DNA from: an uncultured Nitrososphaeraceae archaeon
Lineage (GTDB): Archaea > Thermoproteota > Nitrososphaeria > Nitrososphaerales > Nitrososphaeraceae
Direction of reading: 5' to 3'
NCBI GenBank assembly: GCA_963728595.1
Contig: CAVSLF010000003.1
Span: forward strand, 1-47,611
DNA length: 47,611 nucleotides
Part shown: positions 1 through 9,944 of the stretch, piece after piece
Position numbering within the stretch: the first letter of the stretch is position 1
How the letters are laid out: each line of letters opens with the position of its first letter
The notes under the pieces: generated by a model
The model's database searches: none
What the model was told of the DNA's origin: nothing
What the model saw: the letters and a program-made list of their open reading frames with translations, nothing else
Made by a program: the position numbers and the translations under genes

Positions 1-68
1 TGTTTTTCTCTTTAATTTCCTTACTCGTTGTAATTCTCCTCCCCTGATAGCCTATCATGCCTTTGACA

Positions 69-854
69 TTATATTTGAGCCCATCCACCATCAACGGATA
101 ACTCCGTGCCAGTGACGTAGCTGCTGTCATTCGAAGCAAGGAATACTACTGCCTTGGCGATTTCGTCAGGAGTCCCTGGTCGACCTAGTGGCGTCACCCC
201 GGCGAACTGAGACTTCGTCTCCTCGATCTGCTTCTCGCTCCCAAGCCCATTCCAGATGGGTGTGATGACCATCCCAGGGCTGATCACGTTGACTCTTATC
301 TTGCGATCCTTCAGGTCAACTGACCAACTACGAGCGAATGACCGCAAGGCCGCTTTGGTGGCGGCGTAAACGCTAAAAGCCGGTAAACCCTTGAATGATG
401 CTACAGATGCGTTAACCACTATCGAAGCGCCGTCCGGCATTAGCGGTAACACCTTTTGAACTGTGAAGAGTGTACCTTTGACGTTGATGTCGAATGTCTT
501 ATCGAAGTGGGCTTCCGTGATCTTCCCCAGAGGACTGACTTCGGCGACCCCCGCGTTTGCGAATAGGATATCTATTTGGTCTTTCCGTTGTTTGATAGTG
601 TCGTACAAACGATCAAGATCTGCGAGATTTGACACGTCTCCTTGAACACCTATGGCATTATCACCGATCTCCGTTACTGCTTCATCGAGTTCACTTTGCC
701 GGCGACCGGTGACGTAAACATGTGCACCCTCTGAGGTGAACCTCTTTGCGGTAGCAAGGCCTATCCCGGTGCTTCCACCTGTTATAACAGCAACTTTTCC
801 TTCAAGTTTTTTCATGATTTCATTCCTTTGCTGTAGTAATTTTGTTTGATTCAT
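69..854 (-). CDS. Short-chain dehydrogenase/reductase (SDR, classical FabG-like)
   Basis: TGGSTGIG Rossmann motif, ANAG, catalytic YAATK, IRVNVISPG, C-terminal VDGG. The track start (875) lies inside the operator palindrome, so ATG at 854 or 815 is more plausible. Confidence 0.93.
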   Translation of the reverse strand: MNQTKLLQQRNEIMKKLEGKVAVITGGSTGIGLATAKRFTSEGAHVYVTGRRQSELDEAVTEIGDNAIGVQGDVSNLADLDRLYDTIKQRKDQIDILFANAGVAEVSPLGKITEAHFDKTFDINVKGTLFTVQKVLPLMPDGASIVVNASVASFKGLPAFSVYAATKAALRSFARSWSVDLKDRKIRVNVISPGMVITPIWNGLGSEKQIEETKSQFAGVTPLGRPGTPDEIAKAVVFLASNDSSYVTGTELSVDGGWAQI

Positions 855-859
855 ATTCA

Positions 860-969
860 ATAGGTGTATATGCACACATTAATAAGTGTATCTACACATA
901 TTGAATTTATGAACATTATATGGGAAGATATCGGGGTAAACCTTTTATTAGTAATGCGTGTATATCAAC
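860..969. promoter_or_regulatory. Divergent SDR/MarR control region with three palindromic GTGTATnTnCAC-type boxes (putative MarR operator)
   Basis: GTGTATATGCAC (864-875), GTGTATCTACAC (886-897) and degenerate GTGTATATCAAC (958-969); AT-rich TATA-like TTTTATTA near 943-950; lies between divergent genes. Confidence 0.65.
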
Positions 970-979
970 ATAATCAGAA

Positions 980-1453
980 ATGAAGGAACGCAATACTAGT
1001 GCAATACTGGAACAAGGAATGTCTGGAGGATCATGTACATGTGGTGAATTGAGGAAGGCAGCTAGAGCAATAACACTACTTTATGACAATGCATTCAAGT
1101 CAAGTGGACTGCTGTCCACGCAACTTTTTGTACTAGATTTCATCTGTAACAATGACTCAATAAGGATTTCAGATCTTGCTAAGAAGCTAGGTCTAGATAG
1201 AACGACTCTAACCCGAAATCTATCTATTTTGGAGAGACAGGGTTTTATCAAAATCTCATCGGGAAAAGACCACCGAACGAAAATCGTGACAGCTACTCAA
1301 AAAGGACGTAGCGCTGTAGCCAAAGCTCTTCCTCTCTGGAATGAAGTTCAAGACAAAGTAAAACAACAAATGGGTGAAAACTCATGGCGTGAATTAATGC
1401 AAAATTTGGGTCATTTTGTAACAGTAGCTGATCAATTAATTGACCAAAACTAA
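980..1453 (+). CDS. MarR-family winged-helix transcriptional regulator
   Basis: CTCGELRKAARAITLLYD N-terminus, HTH ISDLAKKLGLDRTTLTRNLSILERQGFI, wing DHRTKIVTATQKG; divergent from the SDR. Confidence 0.93.
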   Translation: MKERNTSAILEQGMSGGSCTCGELRKAARAITLLYDNAFKSSGLLSTQLFVLDFICNNDSIRISDLAKKLGLDRTTLTRNLSILERQGFIKISSGKDHRTKIVTATQKGRSAVAKALPLWNEVQDKVKQQMGENSWRELMQNLGHFVTVADQLIDQN

Positions 1454-1488
1454 GAAAAATGTTTAACCTAATAGTAACTCCTAGTTTG

Positions 1489-1632
1489 CGACAGTACATC
1501 CGCGACTTCGACCGGATAGCCGAAATGACGGCAACCGCGCAGGAGCTTTACGACAAGATGCTGGATCTCTATCCAAATCGGGTCAATCCGGGGTGGGCAC
1601 TCTGGAGTTCGGCGCGCTCAGCCAAACAGTAA
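1489..1632 (+). pseudogene. C-terminal relic of a metallo-beta-lactamase-fold hydrolase
   Basis: GC-rich patch reading RQYIRDFDRIAEMTATAQELYDKMLDLYPNRVNPGWALWSSARSAKQ*, which resembles the C-terminus of a bacterial MBL-fold family. No catalytic N-terminal part (HxHxDH) is present. Confidence 0.6.
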
Positions 1633-1850
1633 ATTAGCAATTGCTATGTATGAACTTCAATCTAAATGGCCCTTGGACATCTTATTATGCTATACGATGT
1701 CGCTCGATGGGCAAGAGCAAGAGAATCAAAACCCGCGTCTATAATATCTGGAAAAGTTTCTCGTACAAAGTCTCGACAGACTTGAAGCACTCTTTACAAT
1801 AGAAAAATTTTGGATCTTATTCTACTTGAGGAAATTCTGAGATGCTAGTC

Positions 1851-2123
1851 CTAAAAAAGACCTCTTGACTGGGTTGGAGAAATCGCTAATTCGTCATTTA
1901 GCTGATTGCAAATCTGTAGCATCCTCAACCCCTTTTCTGTTGTTCTATAGGTTGCTCTGCCTTCTTCATATTCTATTAATCCTTTTTCGACAAGCATGGA
2001 CAAGTATTCTCTCAATTGAGCAAAGGAAAGATATGCCTTGTACATGATCTTAGTTTTTGTTGTTCCCCCATTTGCGGCTTCGAGAATCAATCCGGTTATA
2101 TCAGTTCTACTACGATATTTCAT
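1851..2123 (-). CDS. Archaeal winged helix-turn-helix regulator (DUF4364/HTH_45-like)
   Basis: MKYRSRTDITGLILEAANGGTTKTKIMYKAYLSFAQLREYL...YRTTEKG, the typical multicopy thaumarchaeal wHTH signature. Confidence 0.88.
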   Translation of the reverse strand: MKYRSRTDITGLILEAANGGTTKTKIMYKAYLSFAQLREYLSMLVEKGLIEYEEGRATYRTTEKGLRMLQICNQLNDELAISPTQSRGLF

Positions 2124-2371
2124 TCGATAGTTAGTAAGTAAAATAGTATTTATTAATGACCATCATATCTTCTTAGATCTTATTATCCAATAAAGTTATA
2201 GTACATCCTTAGTTTGAGGTCCTTACTCAGCTCATGGGACAATACAAGAGCTAGCTAAACTTAACGTATTTCTGGCCAAGTATTGCTAGTCATTGGTAAT
2301 CCAATTTGTCATCGTATGCATACTAAATAGCAATTATTATTGTGCCTGTCCTACTGTTGAACTTATTTTTA

Positions 2372-2905
2372 TTATTTTTCATCTCGAGGAAGATATCCCA
2401 GAAAATAGAAAGCAGGATGACCTGATAGACCCATCACCTTATCGGGTTTAACTTTTATAATTACCCTCTTGTCCTTTGGTTTCCTGTAATAATATTTTCC
2501 TATACCAAGATATCTCTTAGCAAGTTTATGGAGGTGCTCGTCAGCTCCTTCGCTTGTCATTTCAACGACCCTTCCTTTGATTGTTACCATATTATATGGA
2601 TTAAACTGATCAACTAAAGAGATTCCAACACGAGGGTCTTTTGATACGTGCCTAGTTTTTGCCGAAGCTTCAGAGGTGTTTATCAAAATTAAATCACCTT
2701 CCATATCCGCCCAGACTGGAGTGACATGAGGAGAACCGTCTTCTGATAATGTAGCTACAAAGGCAAGATTCCTGCGACCGAAAAGTTCAGATATGTTTTC
2801 TGTTGTAATTGTAGTGATACCTGCCGATAATTCTGGTGACTGAACGTTTATACTATCTGAAGGGAGGTCATCAAGAATGTCTACGGCGGGTTTATTCCTT
2901 TGCAT
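2372..2905 (-). CDS. PPOX-class F420-dependent oxidoreductase (pyridoxamine 5'-phosphate oxidase fold)
   Basis: AFVATLSEDGSPHVTPVW, KTRHVSKDPRVGISL, KLAKRYLG, KRVIIKVKP motifs. Confidence 0.88.
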   Translation of the reverse strand: MQRNKPAVDILDDLPSDSINVQSPELSAGITTITTENISELFGRRNLAFVATLSEDGSPHVTPVWADMEGDLILINTSEASAKTRHVSKDPRVGISLVDQFNPYNMVTIKGRVVEMTSEGADEHLHKLAKRYLGIGKYYYRKPKDKRVIIKVKPDKVMGLSGHPAFYFLGYLPRDEK

Positions 2906-3176
2906 GATATGTACTCCATCTGTTAGAATATAAGTTGTTCTCGAGGTCTTTCGACAAAAGTACTAAAGGAAGGGTGACAATCTGTGACATTCATCAATGT
3001 CAATTTCTGGCATGTGTATATACCTTGGTGTCATAATTGTAACTATGAATCTAATGGCTTAAGTTGTCGGGATTGGCTTACTTTGATTAACAAAAAAGAA
3101 GTGCTACAAATAGAAGATTTAATTCGAAAATTTCAAGAATTCCAAAGGGCTTGCAAGGCTACCCTTCAAGGAGTCA

Positions 3177-3761
3177 TTGAAACACAATTCGGATTTTATT
3201 GTGAATTCCAATCATTTATTGATAATACTTATTATTGTTGCATCAATACGAATAGCGGCAGAAAATCTCTTTGCATTAAGTAAAGGCAATACTAATGACT
3301 GCGTTTCACCAAGTGGTGATTTTAAAATAACGGTAGATTTTGATGGAAATTGTGACACACTACGTGATGACGATCCTATTACTGTAGTTGCTTCGTTTGG
3401 ACCAGTCTTCAAATTTGATTCGCATGGTAGAGATATACAATGTCAGGATGGTTCGATCTCAAGTGAACCCCCTAACGGTGCATGTACATCGGGTACAGAC
3501 AAGAATGATAATCTAATCGGTTCATCTGGCAATAATTGTATTGATGGTAAAGGCGGAAACGATCGGATAACCGGTTTAGCAGGTAACGATAAACTAACTG
3601 GCGGAGATGGAAAAGATTTGCTAAGCGGCGGAAATGGTGATGATGAGCTAACTGGTGGCAATGGTGCAGATAAATTCCAATGTGGTGCAGGTAATGATAG
3701 GATAACTGACTTTAGTGCATCACAAGGCGATAAGAAGACTAACGATTGCGAGCAGTTCTAG
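3177..3761 (+). CDS. Putatively secreted hemolysin-type (RTX) calcium-binding repeat protein
   Basis: Hydrophobic N-terminal stretch followed by about 7 GGxGxDxLx nonapeptides (GKGGNDRIT, GLAGNDKLT, GGDGKDLLS, GGNGDDELT, GGNGADKFQ), ending in DCEQF. Start uncertain. Confidence 0.85.
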   Translation: MKHNSDFIVNSNHLLIILIIVASIRIAAENLFALSKGNTNDCVSPSGDFKITVDFDGNCDTLRDDDPITVVASFGPVFKFDSHGRDIQCQDGSISSEPPNGACTSGTDKNDNLIGSSGNNCIDGKGGNDRITGLAGNDKLTGGDGKDLLSGGNGDDELTGGNGADKFQCGAGNDRITDFSASQGDKKTNDCEQF

Positions 3762-3903
3762 TGATGACCGATATGGCTACTATGCGGTAAACCAATAAAC
3801 ACAGTGCAATCCTTTGAAATCTAGAGTTACTCCAGTTTGGTAAAGCTTGATAGTTACTAATGTGCATGCCATCTTTTTCTTAGTCATTTCTATTTTTCTC
3901 GGT

Positions 3904-4024
3904 CATATCATAGATAGGTGTATATGCACGCCTATAAGTGTATCTACACTCATTAAATTCCGAGCTTATTTTACATTGAACAATAGCACAACAATAGCAT
4001 AAACATTTTTATTTGTAATACGTG
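3904..4024. repeat. Diverged duplicate of the SDR/MarR intergenic control region
   Basis: ATAGGTGTATATGCAC (3914-3929) equals 860-875; ATAAGTGTATCTACAC (3934-3949) equals 882-897; AAACATTTTTATTTGTAATACGTG (4001-4024) resembles AAACCTTTTATTAGTAATGCGTG (938-960). Confidence 0.8.
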
Positions 4025-4422
4025 CTCTGTTCCCCATAATGGTAAACTAATAGTCAAATTCAGACAAGGCTCTTCGTTAGGTAAGCTATGAAATTTGCAA
4101 TCAATCTTAAAATTCTTGATACTTTTTTGCAATTAAATAAACAAGAATTACATGTACTCGTATCTAGACCCCATCAACTTAAATAATTGGGGATTCTTTT
4201 GATCGCTAAGTTGAACGCAAAGATACTGTCAATGAAAAATGTGTACAAAATATGTTCCTCAAATGGGAAAGTAAACTTAGGGGAGCAGCGGAATTCATGT
4301 CGACCCATTGCTTTGGCATGGCCAACGCTGGTCGGGGCGACCCAACTGTTCAAGCATTACTTCAAAATAGTACCTTTGTCTACAAATAAGTTAAGCAGTC
4401 TTACCTGTAAGGAACGGTATTC

Positions 4423-6099
4423 ATGAGTGAAGCACGCAGAGGACTCCCTCTAACTAATTCTCGAATTGAGAAGATATTTCCGAAATTAACACCAGCTCAG
4501 ATCGGTCGTATTGCGGCGCATGGACGTACTCGTTCAGTACAGCTCGGTGATGTGCTAATTCAGCAAGGAGATACTTCAGTGCCGTTCTTTGTTGTAATAA
4601 CAGGCGAAGTTGAGATTGTGGGTCGTTATGGGGCCTCTGAGACAATTATCACGGTCCATGGTCCTGGTGAGTTCACAGGAGACGTCAACATGCTCTCCGG
4701 CCGCCGGATGGTAGTCCAGGCGCGTGTCGCTAAGGCGGGTAAGTTAATCGAACTGAATCATGAGCAGATGCTTAATCTAATACAGACTGATACTGAACTA
4801 AGCGATATACTGATGCGGGCTTTCATTCTCCGCAGGGTGGAGTTAATCGCAGCAGGTGTCGGTGATATTATTCTTATCGGGTCAATACATTCTGGAGGTA
4901 CGCTTCGGATCAAAGAGTTTCTAATGCGCAATGGGCACCCCTATACCTCCATAGATTTAGAACGCGACTCTGATGTACAGAATTTGTTAGATAATTTCCA
5001 AATTTCTGCTAATGAAATACCTGTGCTAATCTGTAGAGGTCAATTTGTGCTTAGAAATCCTAGTAATCAACAAATCGCAGACTGTCTTGGTTTTAATGAG
5101 TCTATTGATCAAACCAAGGTGCGCGATCTTGTTGTCATTGGTGCAGGCCCCTCAGGACTAGCTGCCGCAGTGTATGGTGCTTCGGAAGGACTTGATGTTC
5201 TGGTGCTGGAAGCAAGTTCGCCTGGTGGCCAGGCTGGTTCAAGCTCAAGAATAGAAAATTACTTGGGATTTCCAACAGGTATCTCTGGCCAGGACCTGGC
5301 AGGTAGAGCTTACATCCAGGCTCAGAAGTTCGGCGCTGAAGTGCTTATCGCCGACGCCAATCGGCTTGTCTGTGAACGCAAACCCTATATTATTGAAGTT
5401 GGAGGTGGAGCTCGAATCTCTACTCGCACTGTAGTAATAGCGACCGGCGTGCAATATCGAAAGCTACCAATAGAAAAACTATCACGCTTTGAGGGTGCAG
5501 GCATCTACTATTCTGCAACTTTTGTGGAAGCGCAGTTATGTGGGGAAGAAGAGGAGGTGATTGTGGTCGGTGGAGGAAACTCGGCTGGCCAGGCTGCCGT
5601 GTTTCTGGCGCAGACGACAAAAAGTGTGTACATGCTTGTCAGGTCTAGTAGTTTGGCTGCTAGCATGTCGCGCTATTTGATTCGCAGGATCGAAGAAAGT
5701 CCTAAGATCGTAGTCAGATCTCACGCAGAGATTGTGGCTTTAGAAGGAGGCGATCACCTTGAATCAGTTCGCTGGCAAAACAATCAAACTGGGCAAATTG
5801 ATGACCACAAGATCAGACACATATTCATTATGACTGGTGCCGATCCAAACACCAGCTGGCTCGAAGGCTGCGTTATCCTGGATAGTAAAGGCTTCATAAA
5901 GACCGGTCCTGATCTGTCGCCAGAAAATCTGAGTACCGCAGGCTGGCATCTTTCCCGCCAGCCATATTTGCTCGAAACAAGTTTACCAAGAGTTTTCGCG
6001 GTGGGTGATGTACGTGGCGGCAGCATCAAACGTGTCGCATCCGCTGTAGGCGAAGGGTCAGTTGCGGTCTCACTTATTCATAAAGTCCTTCAGGAATAG
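4423..6099 (+). CDS. Cyclic-nucleotide-binding-domain FAD-dependent oxidoreductase (thioredoxin-reductase-like)
   Basis: N-terminal cNMP/CAP domain (GDVLIQQGD...GPGEFTGD), glutaredoxin-like middle, GAGPSGLAAAVY, SSRIENYLGFP, GGGNSAGQAA, VFAVGDVR...KRVASAVGEG. Confidence 0.92.
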   Translation: MSEARRGLPLTNSRIEKIFPKLTPAQIGRIAAHGRTRSVQLGDVLIQQGDTSVPFFVVITGEVEIVGRYGASETIITVHGPGEFTGDVNMLSGRRMVVQARVAKAGKLIELNHEQMLNLIQTDTELSDILMRAFILRRVELIAAGVGDIILIGSIHSGGTLRIKEFLMRNGHPYTSIDLERDSDVQNLLDNFQISANEIPVLICRGQFVLRNPSNQQIADCLGFNESIDQTKVRDLVVIGAGPSGLAAAVYGASEGLDVLVLEASSPGGQAGSSSRIENYLGFPTGISGQDLAGRAYIQAQKFGAEVLIADANRLVCERKPYIIEVGGGARISTRTVVIATGVQYRKLPIEKLSRFEGAGIYYSATFVEAQLCGEEEEVIVVGGGNSAGQAAVFLAQTTKSVYMLVRSSSLAASMSRYLIRRIEESPKIVVRSHAEIVALEGGDHLESVRWQNNQTGQIDDHKIRHIFIMTGADPNTSWLEGCVILDSKGFIKTGPDLSPENLSTAGWHLSRQPYLLETSLPRVFAVGDVRGGSIKRVASAVGEGSVAVSLIHKVLQE

Positions 6100-6702
6100 G
6101 AATAAATAATTGGACATTGAGGACGAAAAAGTTAGCAACCTCCAACAGCGTCTTATTATCTATTTTGAAAATCGTCTCCAAGATCAATAAAATATTGTTG
6201 CTATAGTATACTTGACCTCCTTTCTCAAGGCTGATGTTGGGAGGGAGCCAGATGCCATTTCAACTTCATTGCATTAGTATTTGATTCTCTATCTTGAAAA
6301 ATCTCCGTACGTTTAAATTAAATTTATGAATTTGGAAAATTGACGTTCAATTACGTCAAAGAGGGACGTACTTTCTCCACCAGAATTTACCTGACCCTCT
6401 TTATCAGTTTTTGATTCAAATTAAATCCTTAATAGAGACTTGTCCGTATATAGTTATCCGTCGTCGTCATGTAACTGGCGAGCCACATCCTTCCAGCAGT
6501 CCACACACACGACTTACCAGTTTTCTCATTCTGAATTGCCTAACATTCATGGAGTGAATTTCCAATGAATGATAAATGGTAACACACAATCCTCAATTCA
6601 ATGTAAAATAGTAGTCTTTTACAACCTAAATCGTTTGAATGATATTGTAGGGGATAGTGAATCAGGTTATGTTAAAATAGGCGGTGAATATAGGGATAGC
6701 GT

Positions 6703-7317
6703 ATGAAAATTACGATAGTGATCCTATCCCTAACTGTAGCTACTCTTTTTGGACTTAATTACTCTTTGAATAATGTGGTTGCATCTAATCAGACGGTCAA
6801 TGCAGGAGGCAATGGAACTTTATGGGATTCGTTTACACCTAAAAATGTAGAAGTCAAAGTAGGAGAGAGTGTAACATGGCGTAATCCCATGTTGGTCTCC
6901 GAACCACACACTGTTACCTTCCTTAAAGATCCGACCTTTTTTGCACCACCAGCAACAGCGTTCAGTATATCTAATATGACTGAGTTAAAGTCATTATCAC
7001 CACCGAATCAAAACATAGATCCTCTTACGGTTGATCAAAATGGTTCAAAAGCAGTAATAGTAGATAATGCAAGAACCTATAACCCAGTGGCAATAGATTC
7101 AACTGGAAATAATGTAACTTACTTCCCAGTAAATGCTAATTATAGTTTGACTGGCACTGAGAAATTTGTAAATTCTGGCTGGATGTGGCCTGAAGGAATA
7201 GCACCGCCCGGCTCGCCACCAATAAGTAATTTTACCATAACCTTTGAAAAATCAGGAACATATGATTACATTTGTGCTGTACATCCATGGATGGGTGGCT
7301 CAGTAAAAGTTAGTTAA
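6703..7317 (+). CDS. Secreted plastocyanin/azurin-family blue (type 1) copper protein
   Basis: Signal peptide; FTPKNVEVKVGESVTW; His in EPHTVT; C-terminal YICAVHPWMGG with Cys/His/Met ligands. Confidence 0.9.
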   Translation: MKITIVILSLTVATLFGLNYSLNNVVASNQTVNAGGNGTLWDSFTPKNVEVKVGESVTWRNPMLVSEPHTVTFLKDPTFFAPPATAFSISNMTELKSLSPPNQNIDPLTVDQNGSKAVIVDNARTYNPVAIDSTGNNVTYFPVNANYSLTGTEKFVNSGWMWPEGIAPPGSPPISNFTITFEKSGTYDYICAVHPWMGGSVKVS

Positions 7318-7462
7318 AGACAGACAATAATAGAAATACACACGTTTAGTACGATACTAAGTTTGTTTGGTGTAAAGTGCAGATGATATTCTTTGTCTTT
7401 GTTCCGATTCGAATGGCAATCTATATACATTGACCACCATAATATGCAATTTGATTGCATAG

Positions 7463-8666
7463 TTGAGTTTAGAAGAAGATGCCGTAAACCTTCATAGAAT
7501 GCTAAAAGGAAAGATCGAAATTCACAATAGAGTGTCCATAGACAGCACACATAAGGAAGGCAAGTATGACACACTAGACCTAATCTATACTCCGGGTGTT
7601 GCATATGTAGCCAAAAAAATAGGTACTGATAAAGAATTGGCATACGACTATACATCAAAATGGAATAACGTCGCCATTGTATGTGACGGAACACGAGTAC
7701 TTGGATTGGGCGACATTGGTCCAGAAGGTGCACTTCCTGTTATGGAAGGAAAATCTGTATTATTCAAAATTTTAGGAGGTATCAATGCCTTTCCATTATG
7801 TATAGATACTAAAGACAAAGAGGAGATAATTAGATTTGTAAAAGCGATACATCCAGTATTTGGTGCTGTGAATATAGAAGATATAGAATCACCAAAAGTA
7901 CTAGAGATAGTAGAAAGGCTTCAAAAAGATCTCCCTATTCCTGTTTTCCACGACGACCAGCACGGCACCGCTCTAATCACCCTTGCAGGATTATTAAATG
8001 CCCTCAAGTTACTACAAAAGAGAATAGATAGTATAAGAGTAGTCATAGCAGGAGCAGGTTCTGCGGGGTATGGTATATTCAGAATATTGAAAGAAGCAGA
8101 TTGTAGGTGTATCGTGGTAACGGATAGTCAGGGAGCAATATATCAAAACAGACCTACAGGTATAGACAACCCGTACAAGAAAGAGATAGACTGATGAAAC
8201 CAATCCTATGAAATTGAATGGCAGTCTTGCCGATGTCCTCAAAGGAGCTGACGTGTTTATTGGAGTATCAGGCAAGGCCCGACTAATAGGCAAAGAGACG
8301 GTTCAATCCATGAACAATAACCCAATTGTATTCGCTCTAAGTAACCCTGACCCAGAAATACTTCCATCAGATGCGTTGGAAGCAGGGGCAAGCATCGTTG
8401 CTACAGGTCGATCCGACTTTGCAAACCAGATTAATAACGCAGTGGTATTTCCAGCCATATTGCGATCATTATTAGATCTTAGAGTCAAAACTCTGAGTGA
8501 AGAGATGCTTGTATCTGTAGCAACTGCAATTGCTGATATAATAGATATTAATGATTTGAAATATGATTATATCATACCTAAAGTTGATGATCCTCGTATT
8601 ATTCAGATAGTTACTGATACATTGACCAATGCAATTCAAAGGCACCTGGATAAGAAAATACAATAA
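7463..8666 (+). pseudogene. NAD(P)-dependent malic enzyme split by a +1 frameshift near 8190 (may be an intact gene with a sequencing error)
   Basis: YTPGVA, DGTRVLGLGDIG, VMEGKS, FHDDQHGT, GAGSAG in the first ORF; FIGVSG, FALSNPDPEI, ATGRSDFANQINN in the second. Removing one base restores ...KKEI(A)DETNPMKLNG. Confidence 0.9.
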
Positions 8667-8869
8667 TAATAAGAATAATGATTTGAAATGGTTCAATTAT
8701 GCTGCTAATGGTTTAAACTTCTGAAGCAGATCAAGCCAAGGTAAGTCCAGGTAATCAGCATAGTTATTATCTGCTATTACAAGTTCATGATATGAATTCG
8801 GCATGCTGGCATAATATCGTATTATACTTACCTGTATCCGCGAGAAGCAATGATATTACATAATTTCAT

Positions 8870-9217
8870 TTAACGGGAACAAGAATTTCTACGCTCTTTG
8901 TCTTCCTCTTTCTCTTCCCCAAGTTTCCTATGTAGTATCTCATCGCGAAGGGTTACTATACCGTAGATTAACGGTGCCAGTCCCAAGCAGATGCCGACAG
9001 CGCCACCAATCGCAAAAGCCTCGGTACTATCAGGAGGAGGGTTGACTATGATGTCGAATGTATAGCGAAGACCACCAACAAATATTATGATTCCAAGAAC
9101 TATTAACACTCCAGCGAGTATTGTATTTGATTTTATTCGCATCGATACTTTTGGTAATTGGGGGCTTAGATATTTTAATATGTTCCATTTTTTGCTTCTG
9201 CTGCAATTTTGATACAT
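8870..9217 (-). CDS. Hypothetical two-TM membrane protein (likely start at MRIKS)
   Basis: Two hydrophobic helices followed by a charged tail. Confidence 0.6.
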   Translation of the reverse strand: MYQNCSRSKKWNILKYLSPQLPKVSMRIKSNTILAGVLIVLGIIIFVGGLRYTFDIIVNPPPDSTEAFAIGGAVGICLGLAPLIYGIVTLRDEILHRKLGEEKEEDKERRNSCSR

Positions 9218-9328
9218 CTAATGTCTTTTCCCAGTATCGGGTTAATTGAATAGGGCACAAGCCTATTTTGGATACGAATCTTGTTACACCTGTTAAAACA
9301 GATGTTGTCCGATAAATGATGATGGGCT

Positions 9329-9722
9329 ATGAAAAATTTAGACTCACCATCACCTGTACAAGTACTACAAGTGCTCTCTGATCGGTACTTCTGTCGATAT
9401 AATGAATGCTGTAGCGGAGGACGTCAGCGATTCAGGCAATATTAGAGAATTGCTTGGCCTCACTTCAAAACAGTACTATATGAGATATTCCAGGCTCCTG
9501 AAGACAGGGATAATTAAACGAAAGAACTCCAAATTGACTCTTACTGCTTTTGGACAACTGATATACCAGGCGTTACTAAAAATCGCTACAGCCTTCAGAC
9601 ATTCTCGTGAATTAATAATGATAGATGCAATAAAATCCATTGCTGGTATGCCACACAATGAACAAAAGGATCTTATAGACAATCTAATTCTTGACGATGA
9701 AATCAAAAAATTATTTTCTTAA
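9329..9722 (+). pseudogene. Nitrososphaera-type winged-helix protein with a +1 frameshift near 9386
   Basis: Core LGLTSKQYYMRYSRLLKTGIIKRK...LTAFG. The upstream frame from ATG 9329 (MKNLDSPSPVQVLQVLSDR) joins TSVDIMNAVA if one base is removed. Paralog at 15181-15564. Confidence 0.65.
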
Positions 9723-9944
9723 CGTAGGCGCTTTCTGTCAATTCTTGAAAGCATTCTAAAATGCTTTACTAGACCATCGGTTCCGTGGGGTCTGTAGAGG
9801 AATAGGCCAGTAGCAACGATGCCAAAAACTACAGCCTGACTTAACCAGAGAGGCCATTAATGTACGGCAAAAGTAAATCCAATTAGAAAAGGTATGTGAT
9901 TATTCCAGGACTACTTGAAATAAAAAAAAGGTTGAAAGTTGATC

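Noticed and set aside
2984..3283. 99-aa ORF overlapping the RTX gene
   Set aside because: No motif, long overlap with a better-supported gene, and atypical composition.
4187..4426. 79-aa ORF and GC-rich patch upstream of the cNMP reductase as a leader peptide or riboswitch
   Set aside because: No recognisable family, convincing stem pattern or terminator.
6421..6550. Minus-strand CVDC-containing frame as a zinc-finger gene
   Set aside because: Interrupted by stops and too short to support.
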